Shown in pieces: positions 41,660-50,860 of a stretch of 64,000 nucleotides of DNA. This stretch comes from an uncultured bacterium. GTDB lineage: Bacteria > Planctomycetota > JAJSAM01 > JAJVHW01. The notes beneath the pieces are model-generated. The model was not told where the DNA came from and did no database searches. It was given only the letters and a program-made list of their open reading frames with translations. Made by a program: the position numbers and the translations under genes. The stretch lies in the NCBI GenBank assembly GCA_937996235.1, contig CALKVK010000015.1, positions 29,744 to 93,743 of the forward strand, in the 5' to 3' direction. Every line of letters begins with the position of its first letter. Position 1 is the stretch's first letter.

Positions 41660-42409
41660 TCAGCGCGCCGCGCGCAGGAGCGCGAGGAAGCGCGCGATCT
41701 CGCGCTGCACCTTCGGGTACTGGCGCACGACGAGCTTGTCCTTGAGCACGGCGATCGAGACGCCCTCGTCGTCCCACGTGTCCGCGGCGACGTACTCCTT
41801 CACCATCTCCGCGACCTTGTCGCCGTCGGCGAACGGGTTCTCGACCTCCGAGACCTCCTCGTCCTCGAACTCGGCGCCGGACGGGTGCAGGTTGATGTCC
41901 GGTCCGGGGAAGTTCATGAGCGGCGCCGTCAGCTCCCCGATCGGGTAGATGCGCAGCACCGGCTTCCCGCGCGCGGCGGCCTTCGTCGTCACGCGCAGGA
42001 TCCCGCCGTCGAACGCGAGCGCCGTGTCCGTGAACCGCAGCGTCAGGTCCACGACCTGGAGCAGCGAGACGCGCTCGAGCTTCATCGTGAGGTGCGGCAG
42101 GGCGTCGAGTCCGTCGCGCTGGAGCTCCGGCGCGACGATCACGTTGAAGCCCGCCACGCGCGCGACGAACGCGACCACGTCGGCGAGCTCCATCTCGCGG
42201 AAGTCGACGCTCACGCGCTGCGCGTCGAGCCGCCGGCGCGCCTCCTCGAGGGAGCGCGGCGCCGGGCGCTGCACGAGCGGCGTGCCCGCCGCGGGAGCCG
42301 GCGCCTTCGCGGTCACGCCGGCGGCAGGGGCAGCCGGGCGGTCCCCGGCGGCGGCGGGCGCCGCGAGCACGGCGAGGCCGAGTGCGAGGCAGGCGAGCAG
42401 TGAGCGCAT
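41660..42409 (-). CDS. Secreted paralog of the N-terminal (STN-like) region of the TPR-secretins, with no secretin C-domain
   Basis: Signal MRSLLACLALGLAVLAAPAAAG with GGAGG RBS. VSVDFREMELADVVAFVARVAGFNVIV...IYPIGELTAPLMNFPGPDINLHPSG aligns with ISFTDATLDEAVEYLGRVSGTNIVV...MYDIKDLATPIANFPGDEINLDPQG of secretin 1. Confidence 0.65.
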   Translation of the reverse strand: MRSLLACLALGLAVLAAPAAAGDRPAAPAAGVTAKAPAPAAGTPLVQRPAPRSLEEARRRLDAQRVSVDFREMELADVVAFVARVAGFNVIVAPELQRDGLDALPHLTMKLERVSLLQVVDLTLRFTDTALAFDGGILRVTTKAAARGKPVLRIYPIGELTAPLMNFPGPDINLHPSGAEFEDEEVSEVENPFADGDKVAEMVKEYVAADTWDDEGVSIAVLKDKLVVRQYPKVQREIARFLALLRAAR

Positions 42410-42509
42410 GCGAGGAACCTCCGACCGCGACCCCGCCGCCATGCTAGCGGTCGCCGCCGGGGCGGGAAGGGGCCGCGCCGCAGCCGGCCCGCGGCGACGC
42501 GGCGGCCCG

Positions 42510-43787
42510 TCAGCGGCCGAGCGCGCGCGACGCGATGTCGCGGCGGAACTGCATGCCGTCGAAGCGGATGCGCTCGACCGCCTCGTACGCGCGGTCGCGC
42601 GCCGCCTCGACGTTCGCGCCGAGCGCGGTGACGCCGAGCACGCGGCCGCCGTTCGTGACGACGTCGTCGCCCACGCGCTTCGTCCCGGCGTGGAACACGA
42701 GCACGTCGTCGAGCTCCCCCGCCTCGCGCAGGCCGTGGATCGCGTCGCCCTTGCGCGCGGACTCCGGGTAGCCCGCCGACGCGAGCACCACGCACACGGC
42801 CGGTCGCGGGTCCCAGTCGAGGTCCTCGACCTGGTTCAGGCGCCCTTCGGCGCACGCGGCGAGCAGCGGCACGAGGTCCGAGCGCAGCCGCGGCAGCACG
42901 ACCTGCGTCTCGGGGTCGCCGAAGCGGCTGTTGAACTCGATGACGCGCGGACCGCCGCGGGTCGCCATCAGCCCCGCGTACAGGACGCCGCGGTAGTCGA
43001 CGTGCTCCCGCGCGAGCGCATGGACGATGCGGACGAGGATCTCGCGCGTGACGACGTCGAGCAGCGCGCGCGTCGCGACGGGCGCAGGGCTGTACGCGCC
43101 CATGCCGCCCGTGTTCGGGCCGCGGTCGCCGTCGAAGATGCGCTTGTGGTCCTGCGCCGACTCGAGCACGGCGAGCGTGCGCCCGTCGGTCAGCGCGTGG
43201 ACGCTCACCTCCTCGCCGCGCAGGTGCTCCTCGATCACGACGGTGCGCCCCGCGTCGCCGAAGCGCCCCCCCTCGAGCATCGCGTGGACGGCGTCGAGCG
43301 CCTCCTCCAGCGTCTCGGCCACCACGACGCCCTTGCCCGCCGCGAGGCCGTCGGCCTTGAGCACGATCGGGAAGTGGCGCTGCGCCTCGATGTACTCGAC
43401 GGCCTCGTCGAGACGGTCGAACGTGCGCGCCGACGCCGTCGGCAGGACGTAGCGGTGCATGAGCTGCTTCGCGTACGACTTCGACGCCTCGAGACGGGCG
43501 CCCGCCGCGCCGGGCCCGAAGACGAGCACGTCGGCCGCGCGCAGGCGGTCGGCGAGCCCGGCCGCGAGCGGCGCCTCGGGCCCGACCACGACCAGCCCGA
43601 TGCGCTCCTTGCGGCACAGCGCGGCGATGCCGTCGTGGTCGCCGTCGGCGATGTCCGCCGTCTCGGCGACCGTCGACGTGCCGGCGTTGCCGGGCGTCAC
43701 GATCAGCCGCTCGACGAGCGGGCTCTGCCGGATCTTCCACGCGAGCGCGTGCTCGCGCCCGCCGCCGCCCACCACCAGGACTCGCAT
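42510..43787 (-). CDS. purD: Phosphoribosylamine--glycine ligase
   Basis: MRVLVVGGGGREHALAWKI...ATP-grasp motifs...PurD C-domain. Confidence 0.9.
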   Translation of the reverse strand: MRVLVVGGGGREHALAWKIRQSPLVERLIVTPGNAGTSTVAETADIADGDHDGIAALCRKERIGLVVVGPEAPLAAGLADRLRAADVLVFGPGAAGARLEASKSYAKQLMHRYVLPTASARTFDRLDEAVEYIEAQRHFPIVLKADGLAAGKGVVVAETLEEALDAVHAMLEGGRFGDAGRTVVIEEHLRGEEVSVHALTDGRTLAVLESAQDHKRIFDGDRGPNTGGMGAYSPAPVATRALLDVVTREILVRIVHALAREHVDYRGVLYAGLMATRGGPRVIEFNSRFGDPETQVVLPRLRSDLVPLLAACAEGRLNQVEDLDWDPRPAVCVVLASAGYPESARKGDAIHGLREAGELDDVLVFHAGTKRVGDDVVTNGGRVLGVTALGANVEAARDRAYEAVERIRFDGMQFRRDIASRALGR

Positions 43788-44076
43788 CGTGCCTCCCGTG
43801 CCGTCGCCGCGGCGGCATTCTGGACGAGACGTGGGCGCCTCCGAAGCGCTGCCGGGCGGCGCGATTTCCCTACCGTCGCGCGCCCGCGCCGTCCTACGCT
43901 CCCCGGCCCTTCGCGCGGGCCCGACCTGCGCGCCGTTCCGCCCCCGCGGCGGAGCCTGACACGACGGACGGCAGACGTCCCCCGGGCGCCGCTCGCGGCG
44001 TGCGGGGACGGTTCCCGCGGCGCGCGTGCGACGCGGCGCCGGCGGGGCAGCGCCGCGGACGGGCCGCAGCCGCGGA

Positions 44077-44154
44077 CGGGGCGTAGCTCAGCCTGGCTAG
44101 AGCGCCTGCTTTGGGAGCAGGAGGCCGGAGGTTCGAATCCTCTCGCCCCGACCA
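44077..44154 (+). tRNA. tRNA-Pro (anticodon TGG)
   Basis: CGGGGCGTAGCTCAGCCTGGCTAGAGCGC...anticodon loop CTTTGGGAG...GGTTCGAATCC...CGCCCCGACCA. This is a cloverleaf with an encoded CCA. Confidence 0.85.
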
Positions 44155-44186
44155 GAGCCCGCCCGCGCGGCCCGGCGGCGACGCAC

Positions 44187-44238
44187 ACACGGCACGCACG
44201 GCACGCACGGCACGCACGGCACGCACGGCACCGCACGC
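44187..44238. repeat. Microsatellite: 9-bp unit ACGGCACGC x ~5
   Basis: acggcacgc is repeated in tandem between tRNA-Pro and tRNA-Arg. It is followed by two imperfect ~24-bp direct repeats GCG(C/T)CTGCGACG(T/C)GCGCG(A/G)ACAC at ~44250..44300. Confidence 0.6.
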
Positions 44239-44304
44239 GCGCCGCACACGACGCGCCTGCGACGTGCGCGAACACGGCGCGTCTGCGACGCGCGCGGACA
44301 CAGC

Positions 44305-44381
44305 GCGCCGATAGCTCAGTTGGACAGAGCAGCGGATTTCTAATCCGCCGGTCGCAGGTTCGAGTCCTGCTCGGCGCGCCA
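44305..44381 (+). tRNA. tRNA-Arg (anticodon TCT)
   Basis: GCGCCGATAGCTCAGTTGGACAGAGCAGCGGATTTCTAATCCGC...GGTTCGAGTCCTGCTCGGCGCGCCA. Confidence 0.85.
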
Positions 44382-44457
44382 GCGCCGCGCGCGGCCCGGA
44401 CGGCGCATCGGCCGGACGAGACGCTGGCCGGACGACACGGTGGCCGGACGACACGGT

Positions 44458-44535
44458 GGTGGGTGTAGCTCAGTTGGTTAGAGCGCCTGACTGTGGCTCA
44501 GGAGGTCGCGGGTTCAAATCCCGTCACTCACCCCA
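44458..44535 (+). tRNA. tRNA-His (anticodon GTG) with a G-1
   Basis: G-GTGGGTGTAGCTCAGTTGGTTAGAGCGCCTGACTGTGGCTCAGG...GGTTCAAATCCCGTCACTCACCCCA. It is preceded by a 16-bp tandem duplication CCGGACGACACGGTGG x2. Confidence 0.85.
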
Positions 44536-44626
44536 TCCGGCAGCGTCCGGCAACCCGTCCGGCACCCGCTGCGGCAGCCCGTCGGGGCCGCGGTGACGGA
44601 CGCCACGCCGCTCCCGTCGCGGCAAC

Positions 44627-44655
44627 TTGCGGACGGCGCCGGGCCGCGCTATGAC
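44627..44655 (+). promoter_or_regulatory. Sigma-70-type promoter for tRNA-Lys
   Basis: TTGCGG - 17 bp - TATGAC, ending ~75 bp upstream of the tRNA 5' end. Confidence 0.4.
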
Positions 44656-44731
44656 TTGCCCTCCCGTGCCGGGCGCCGCTCGCGCGCGCCACGGCGGGGA
44701 CGTCGGCGGGCTCCCGCCGGCGGCGGAACGT

Positions 44732-44808
44732 GCCTCCTTAGCTCAGTTGGTTAGAGCAACGGATTCTTAATCCGTGGGTCCTAGGTTCGAGTCCTAGAGG
44801 GGGCACCA
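44732..44808 (+). tRNA. tRNA-Lys (anticodon CTT)
   Basis: GCCTCCTTAGCTCAGTTGGTTAGAGCAACGGATTCTTAATCCGT...GGTTCGAGTCCTAGAGGGGGCACCA. Confidence 0.85.
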
Positions 44809-44866
44809 GCACCCGCGCGCGGCGCCGCGCGCCCGGCCGGCGACGCCCGGCCGCCCGCTCTCCGCC

Positions 44867-45817
44867 GTGACGAGGGACGCCGTCCGCACCGTGGCCGCGC
44901 TCGCCGTCGGGACGCTCGCCGTCTCCGCCGCGGCGCCGCTCATCCGCCTCGCCGCCCTGCCCGCCGTGGCGCTGGCCGCGTGGCGCACGGCGACGTGCGG
45001 CGCGCTGTACGCGGCGCTCCGTCCGCGCGACCTCGCGGCGCTGCGCGGTCTCGGCTCGCGCGAGTGGCTCCTGCTCGCCGCGGCGAGCTCGCTGCTCGCG
45101 CTGCACTTCGGCCTCTGGATCTCCGCGTTCGAGCACACGTCGTACGCGTCGACGGTGCTGCTGCTCGTCACGCAGCCGCTCTTCGGCGCGCTCGTCGGTC
45201 GCGTCGCGTACGGGGAGCGGCTCGGCGCCGCCACGTGGTTCGCGCTCGCGGGCGCGGCCGGCGGGCTGGCGCTGCTCGTGCACGCCGACGTGCGCGGCGC
45301 CGCGGAGACGCCGCCCGCCGACGCGCTGCTCGGCGACGCGCTCGCGGTGCTCGGCAGTCTCGCGATCGCGCTCTACTACGTGGCCGTGCGCCCGCTGCGG
45401 CGCGCGCTCCCGTTCGCGCCGTTCATGGCGGCGACGTACGGCGGCGCCGGCCTGCTGCTCGCCGGCGCCGCGCTCGCGCTCGGCGTGCCGCTCCACGGCT
45501 ACGCGACGGCGTCGTGGGGCTGGCTCGCCGTCCTGGTCCTGCTCCCCACCGCCGTCGGCCACGCCTGCTTCAATTGGGCCGTCCCGCGCGTGCGCTTCTT
45601 CACGCTGAACCTGCTCATCGTGCTGGAGCCGGCGCTCGCCCTCGCGTTCGGCGTGGCGTTCCTCGCCGAACGCGTCACGGCGCCGCAGGTCGTGGGCGGG
45701 GGCGTGCTCGGCGCGGCGGTGCTGGTCGGGCTCCGGCGCCCGCCGCAGCCGCCGCGCGCGGACGCGTCGACGGACGCGGCGACCGATACGGCGACCGATG
45801 CGGAGGACGGCCCGTGA
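44867..45817 (+). CDS. EamA/DMT-superfamily 10-TM transporter
   Basis: GTG start. Two EamA-like halves of hydrophobic helices, with an A/D/T-rich C-terminal tail. Confidence 0.7.
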   Translation: MTRDAVRTVAALAVGTLAVSAAAPLIRLAALPAVALAAWRTATCGALYAALRPRDLAALRGLGSREWLLLAAASSLLALHFGLWISAFEHTSYASTVLLLVTQPLFGALVGRVAYGERLGAATWFALAGAAGGLALLVHADVRGAAETPPADALLGDALAVLGSLAIALYYVAVRPLRRALPFAPFMAATYGGAGLLLAGAALALGVPLHGYATASWGWLAVLVLLPTAVGHACFNWAVPRVRFFTLNLLIVLEPALALAFGVAFLAERVTAPQVVGGGVLGAAVLVGLRRPPQPPRADASTDAATDTATDAEDGP

Positions 45818-46674
45818 GCGTGACGAGCACCGAAGCCGACGACCTGCGCGCCGAGCTGGCCCGCCTCACGCGGGCGGCGCGCGCGCTCGTCGCGGCCGAG
45901 CGCGAGGCCGGTCACGTCGCGCTCCCCGGGCTGCCCGAGCCGCCCCCCGCGCCGGCGGCCGCGCCCGTCGAGCGCGCGCCGTCCGCCGCCCCGGCTCCGT
46001 CGCGCGCGACGGAGCCCGCCGGCGCGTCGCGCGCGCCGGCGGCACCTCGCGCGGCCCCGGCGCCCGACGACGCGTTCACGCCGCGCGTCCGCCCGCTCGA
46101 GCTTCCGGAGAGCGCGCTCGCGCCGTTCGGCGACCTGCCCGCGCGCGTCGACGCGTGTCGGCGCTGCGGCCTCGGCGCGCAGCGGACGCGCTGCGTCTTC
46201 GGCGAGGGCACGGCGCCGACCGACCTCGTGTTCTGCGGCGAGGCACCGGGCTTCGAGGAGGACCGCAGCGGACGCCCGTTCGTGGGCGCCGCGGGCGAGC
46301 TCCTCACCGCCATGATCGAGCGCGGCATGGGGCGGCGACGCGAGGACGTGTTCGTGTTGAACACGCTCAAGTGCCGCCCGCCGCGCAACCGGCCGCCGGC
46401 TCCCGACGAGGTCGCGGCCTGCCGCCCGTTCCTCGAGGAGCAGCTCGCGGTGCTGCGCCCGCGCGTCATCGTGGCGCTCGGCAACCACGCCGTGCACGCC
46501 CTGCTCGACGAGACGCGCGGCATCACGCGCCTGCGCGGCCAGGTGATCGAACGCTACGGCGCGCGCGTCGTGCCGACGTTCCATCCCGCGTACCTGCTGC
46601 GCAACCCGGCCGCGAAACGCGAGACGTGGGAGGACCTCAAGCTGGTCCTGCGGCTGCTGGCGGAACCCGCGTGA
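45814..46674 (+). CDS. Uracil-DNA glycosylase family 4 (with an N-terminal ~130-aa A/P-rich extension)
   Basis: GTG overlapping the upstream stop. CRRCGLGAQRTRCVFGEGTAPTDLVFCGEAPGFEEDRSGRPFVGAAGELL...NTLKCRPPRNR...HPAYLLRNP is the UDG family-4 signature. Confidence 0.8.
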   Translation: MSVTSTEADDLRAELARLTRAARALVAAEREAGHVALPGLPEPPPAPAAAPVERAPSAAPAPSRATEPAGASRAPAAPRAAPAPDDAFTPRVRPLELPESALAPFGDLPARVDACRRCGLGAQRTRCVFGEGTAPTDLVFCGEAPGFEEDRSGRPFVGAAGELLTAMIERGMGRRREDVFVLNTLKCRPPRNRPPAPDEVAACRPFLEEQLAVLRPRVIVALGNHAVHALLDETRGITRLRGQVIERYGARVVPTFHPAYLLRNPAAKRETWEDLKLVLRLLAEPA

Positions 46675-46741
46675 CCTGTGGGCGCGCCGCCGCGCGCGCA
46701 GTAGCATCGCGAGGCCGCGCGACGCCGCGGCGCGACCGGTC

Positions 46742-47806
46742 GTGAGCGCACCGAATCCTCTCTGGGGCATCCACGTGACGCGCGGCGCCGTGTGCGGCGC
46801 GTTCGTCCTGCGCGGCGACGACGGGCGCCACGAGGTGCTCGACGGCTTCGTCGAGACGACCGCGGACGCGCCGCGCGACGCGGTGCGTCGGGCGCTCGCG
46901 CGGCGCGAGGTGCGCGGGCGTCCCGCGTGGATCGCCGTCGGCGACGAGAGCTGCGCCGTGGGCACCGGCGAGATCGACCGCTCCGAGCTCGAGATGACGG
47001 ACGAGGAGGTCGTGTTCACGCTGCACGACTTCGCGCCGTTCGAGCCGGGCGAGGGCCAGCTCCTCTACCACCGCGTCGGCAGCGGCGAGGAGCGCCGCTA
47101 CATGGTGGCGGCGGTGCCCGCGGCCACGTCCGCCGCGTTCGCCTCCGTGGCCGCGGAGCTCGATCCCGCGCGGCACGGCCTCGGCCTCGCCTCGCCCGCG
47201 CTGGCGCGCGGCGTGCGCGCGCTCGGACTGGTCGGGCGTTCGGGGTACGCGGTGGACGTGCAGGACGACGTCACCCGCGTGCTGGCGTTCGACGGCGACC
47301 GCGTGCGCCGCTACCTCGTGGCGGCCGGGCTGCGCGAGCTCGCGCGCGACGGCGGCGCGGTGGCGCTCGCCCACGACCTCGTGCGCCTCGCGGACTACCA
47401 CCGCGAGCTCTCGCGCCGCGGCCCCGGCGGGCCGCGGCCGGACTTCGCGCTCGTCGGCGCCGGCGCCTCCCGCGCGCGCGCCGCGCTCGCGGCCGCGCTC
47501 GGGGAGCGCCTCGCGCCCGCCGCGTTCCGCTCGGAGCCGACCCACGCCCTCGACGGCGCGGGGGGCGGCGCGCTCGACGACGCGCGCGCAGTCGAGCTCG
47601 TCGGAGCGGTCGGCGCGGCGCTCGAGGCGCTCGGCGCGCCGACCGCGCGACTGCCGCTCGCCGACGTGCCCGCCGACGTGCCCGACCCGCCCGCCGGACC
47701 GTCACCGACCGTCCAGGCGCTGCTCGTGGCCGCGGCCGTCGTCGCCGTCGGCACGGCCGCACTCGGCGTGTGGATCGCCCTCGGACGCCCCGGCGCGCGG
47801 GGGTGA
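46742..47806 (+). CDS. Hypothetical cytoplasmic protein with a C-terminal TM anchor; possibly PilM/GspL-like (speculative)
   Basis: GTG start. ~320-aa soluble region (WGIHVTRGAVCGAFVLRGDDG...RRYMVAAVP) followed by a single TM helix VQALLVAAAVVAVGTAALGVWIAL at the C-terminus. Confidence 0.45.
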   Translation: MSAPNPLWGIHVTRGAVCGAFVLRGDDGRHEVLDGFVETTADAPRDAVRRALARREVRGRPAWIAVGDESCAVGTGEIDRSELEMTDEEVVFTLHDFAPFEPGEGQLLYHRVGSGEERRYMVAAVPAATSAAFASVAAELDPARHGLGLASPALARGVRALGLVGRSGYAVDVQDDVTRVLAFDGDRVRRYLVAAGLRELARDGGAVALAHDLVRLADYHRELSRRGPGGPRPDFALVGAGASRARAALAAALGERLAPAAFRSEPTHALDGAGGGALDDARAVELVGAVGAALEALGAPTARLPLADVPADVPDPPAGPSPTVQALLVAAAVVAVGTAALGVWIALGRPGARG

Positions 47807-48056
47807 GAGCGCCCCGCGGAGGGCGGCCCGCAGGCCGCGCGCGACGCGGCGACGCCGCCCGCGAGAGGCTTGGAAAAATGACAGACGGGTGACGCGCCCC
47901 ATCTAGTAGAACTCCCCGTCTAGGAAGACGTCGCGCGCTCGGGCCGTGCTCCGGGGGGTCGGGTTCACCCCCCGCGGGCGCGGCGCGAGAGCGCGTTGGG
48001 AAAACCCCACGGAAGGGCCCCGTCGCGAACGGGTCCAGCACAGGGAGGGGCTACGA

Positions 48057-50696
48057 ATGAAGACGCCTCGAGTTGCCGCAGCGCTTGCGCTCGCGGGCGC
48101 GGCGCTGTCTCTGGGGGCTTGCAAGAGCGGCGAGTTCCCCTTCTTCGGTAAGAAGAAGGCCGCCGCCCAGCCGGCCGCCAAGAAGGCGGACGACGCGCAG
48201 CAGCCCGCCGCGGCCTCGGCCACGGCCGTCGCCAAGCCTGCGTCGGACGGCGCGCCGTCGCTCGACGAGGTGCGCAAGGACCGGAGCGTCCGCGAGCAGG
48301 CCCGGCAGACGCTCGTCCAGAACTTCCTCAAGATGGGCGACGACGCCTTCGCGGCTTCGCGCTTCGAGGACGCCGAGTCGCACTACAACTCGGTGCTCGA
48401 CCTCGACCCGTCGAACGAGCACGCCCGCCGGCGCATGCAGCAGATCGGTGCGGCGCTCGGCAAGCGCGGCGTGACCGAGGGCGAGGCGATGGAGGGCGCC
48501 CGGGACCTGAAGACGGTCCAGGTGCAGCAGGCCAAGGCCGAGGTCGCCCGCCTGGTCGCCGAGGGCAAGGCGAAGGCGGCGGCCGGCGACATGGCCGGCG
48601 CGGTCACCCGGTACGAGCGCGCGCTCGTGATCGAGCAGCTCTACCCGCGCACGGTCGACTTCAGCCCGACGCCGGACGGACTGCGCGCCATGCTGCGCTC
48701 CGCACGCGAGTCGGCCGAGGCCTCGGCCGACGCCGCGCGCCGCAAGGTGCTCCAGGAGGCGCACGACCAGGCGCGCCTCGAGGCCGCGCGCCAGCGCGCC
48801 GCCCAGCAGTCGCGCGTCAACAACCTGCTCAAGCAGGCGAACGAGGCGATGGAGCGCCGCAACTACCAGCTCGCCGAGAACCTGTCGGCCGAGATCCTGA
48901 CCTCCGACCCGCTCAACGCGTCGGCGAAGCGCCTGCGCGAGATCGCCCGCGACGCCCGCATGGCGGACGCCGACGAGCGCCTCCAGGCGACGCTCCTGAA
49001 CGAGTGGAAGTACACGTTCGCCGACCTGCGCGAGGCGACGACGCCGCAGGTCGAGGAGTACACCTTCCCCGACACGTGGAACGAGGTGCAGGGGCTGCGC
49101 ACGGCGCCCTCGCTCTCGGTCTCCGCGGCCGGCGAGGAGGACGCGCGCTCGCGCGAGGTGCGCAACCGCCTCGCCGCGGCCCGCACGACGATCAGCTTCA
49201 CGGACGCGACGCTCGACGAGGCGGTCGAGTACCTCGGCCGCGTCTCGGGCACGAACATCGTCGTCATGAACGAGGCCCGCGAGGGCCGCTCCGACGACGA
49301 GCTCGCGATCACGCTCAAGCTCGACTCGGCCGAGTCGGTCGACAAGATCCTCGAGCTGATCGCGCAGTTCAAGGGCCTCGCCTGGACGGTCGAGAACGGC
49401 ATCGCCCAGATCACGACGCCCGAGGCCGCGCGCGGCAAGTCGATCGTCCAGATGTACGACATCAAGGACCTCGCGACGCCGATCGCGAACTTCCCCGGCG
49501 ACGAGATCAACCTCGACCCGCAGGGTGAGCACGAGGTCGAGGAGGAGGTCCCGGAGCCGGTCGCCGAGTTCACCGGCGACGCGATCAAGGACCTGATCGA
49601 GCAGAACGTCGACAAGACGGTCTGGGAGGAGGGCGGCTCGATCGACCTCCTCGAGCCGGGCACGCTGGTCGTCAAGGCCCCGGCCACGACGCACGCGAAG
49701 ATCCAGAGCCTGCTCGGCGGCCTGCGCGGCGCCGGCGGCCTCGAGGTCTCGATCGAGACGCGCTTCGTCACGGTCGAGGACAACTTCCTGCAGGAGGTCG
49801 GCGTCGACCTGCGCGGCCTGGGCGACCAGTCCGGCGGCATCGGCGTGGCCGGCAAGGGCGGTCTCGCCGGACCGGGCGGCATCTCGGTGCCCGTCACGTT
49901 CGACGACCTGTTCTTCGGCTCGGCCGGCAACCCGTCCGGCATCGGCACGGGCGGCGACACCGGCATCTTCTACAACCTCAACAGCGACGGCGACATCCGC
50001 GGTCGCTTCGAGAACCTGTTCGACGTCGCGCTGGGCCGCCAGGGCGTCCTGACGAACCTGGGCGGCTTCTCGTTCCAGGGCACGCTGATCGACGACACGC
50101 AGCTCGAGGTCATCCTCCGCGCCGTCGAGAAGAGCAGCCGGAACACGCTCGTCGTGGCGCCGCGCCTCACGGCCTACAACGGCCAGCGCGCGAACGTCAC
50201 GGTCCTGAACCAGATCTCGTACATCTCCGACTTCGACGTCGAGATCGCCCAGGCCGCGCAGATCGGCGACCCGATCGTGCAGACCCTGCGCGACGGCGTC
50301 ATCCTCGACCTGCGTCCGGTCGTCTCCTCGGACCGCCGCTTCATCACCATGGAGCTGCGCCCGACGATCGCGCTGCTGCAGCGCCCGATCGCGACCTTCC
50401 AGACCACGCTGGCGAACGGCCCGCCGGTCACGATCCAGCTCCCCGAGATCCAGATCCAGCGCGTCCGCACGACGGTCACCATGCCCGACAACGGCACGCT
50501 GCTCCTGGGCGGCATGAAGTTCTTCACCGAGCAGCGGCTGGACTCCAGCGTCCCGTGGCTCTCGGACATCCCGATCGTCAGCTTCTTCGTCTCGCGCAAG
50601 GCGACGTACCTCGAGAAGCGCAACCTGCTCGTGCTGATCCGCGCGCGCATCCTGCGTCCCGAGGAGAACGAGCCCGGCTCGACCGTCGGTCGCTGA
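48057..50696 (+). CDS. Lipoprotein secretin 1: TPR-like N-region plus STN-like domain plus GspD/PilQ-type secretin C-domain
   Basis: RBS AGGGAGGGG. Lipobox MKTPRVAAALALAGAALSLGAC. STN-like ISFTDATLDEAVEYLGRVSGTNIVV. Secretin motifs are RFVTVEDNFLQEVGVDL...VVAPRLTAYNGQRANVTV...LLLGGMKFFTEQRLDSSVPWLSDIPIVSFFVSRKATYLEKRNLLVLIRARIL. Confidence 0.8.
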   Translation: MKTPRVAAALALAGAALSLGACKSGEFPFFGKKKAAAQPAAKKADDAQQPAAASATAVAKPASDGAPSLDEVRKDRSVREQARQTLVQNFLKMGDDAFAASRFEDAESHYNSVLDLDPSNEHARRRMQQIGAALGKRGVTEGEAMEGARDLKTVQVQQAKAEVARLVAEGKAKAAAGDMAGAVTRYERALVIEQLYPRTVDFSPTPDGLRAMLRSARESAEASADAARRKVLQEAHDQARLEAARQRAAQQSRVNNLLKQANEAMERRNYQLAENLSAEILTSDPLNASAKRLREIARDARMADADERLQATLLNEWKYTFADLREATTPQVEEYTFPDTWNEVQGLRTAPSLSVSAAGEEDARSREVRNRLAAARTTISFTDATLDEAVEYLGRVSGTNIVVMNEAREGRSDDELAITLKLDSAESVDKILELIAQFKGLAWTVENGIAQITTPEAARGKSIVQMYDIKDLATPIANFPGDEINLDPQGEHEVEEEVPEPVAEFTGDAIKDLIEQNVDKTVWEEGGSIDLLEPGTLVVKAPATTHAKIQSLLGGLRGAGGLEVSIETRFVTVEDNFLQEVGVDLRGLGDQSGGIGVAGKGGLAGPGGISVPVTFDDLFFGSAGNPSGIGTGGDTGIFYNLNSDGDIRGRFENLFDVALGRQGVLTNLGGFSFQGTLIDDTQLEVILRAVEKSSRNTLVVAPRLTAYNGQRANVTVLNQISYISDFDVEIAQAAQIGDPIVQTLRDGVILDLRPVVSSDRRFITMELRPTIALLQRPIATFQTTLANGPPVTIQLPEIQIQRVRTTVTMPDNGTLLLGGMKFFTEQRLDSSVPWLSDIPIVSFFVSRKATYLEKRNLLVLIRARILRPEENEPGSTVGR

Positions 50697-50758
50697 CACC
50701 GCCGCTCGGCGGACGCGGACGGCGCACGCCGCCGACCGCGGAACGACGAACACCAGAC

Positions 50759-50795
50759 CAGGGGAGGCCGACCGCGGCCTCCCCTGTGTCGTTCC
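50759..50795 (+). terminator. Intrinsic terminator after secretin 1
   Basis: Perfect 12-bp stem CAGGGGAGGCCG / CGGCCTCCCCTG with an ACCG loop, then TGTCGTTCC. Confidence 0.6.
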
Positions 50796-50832
50796 CGGCC
50801 GCGGCGAGTCCGGTTCGGACGCAGGCAGCCCC

Positions 50833-50860
50833 TTGACGCGCGCGCACGCCGCGCTACAGT
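50833..50860 (+). promoter_or_regulatory. Candidate sigma-70 promoter for the large TPR lipoprotein gene
   Basis: TTGACG - 16 bp - TACAGT. A second candidate, TTGCGC - 17 bp - TACGAT, lies at ~50986..51014. Confidence 0.35.

Noticed and set aside
41949-45562. 839-aa plus ORF, 501-aa minus ORF over purD, and ORFs overlapping the tRNA cluster (43703..44454, 44738..45562)
   Set aside because: purD and four tRNAs explain the region, and the ORFs are composition artefacts.
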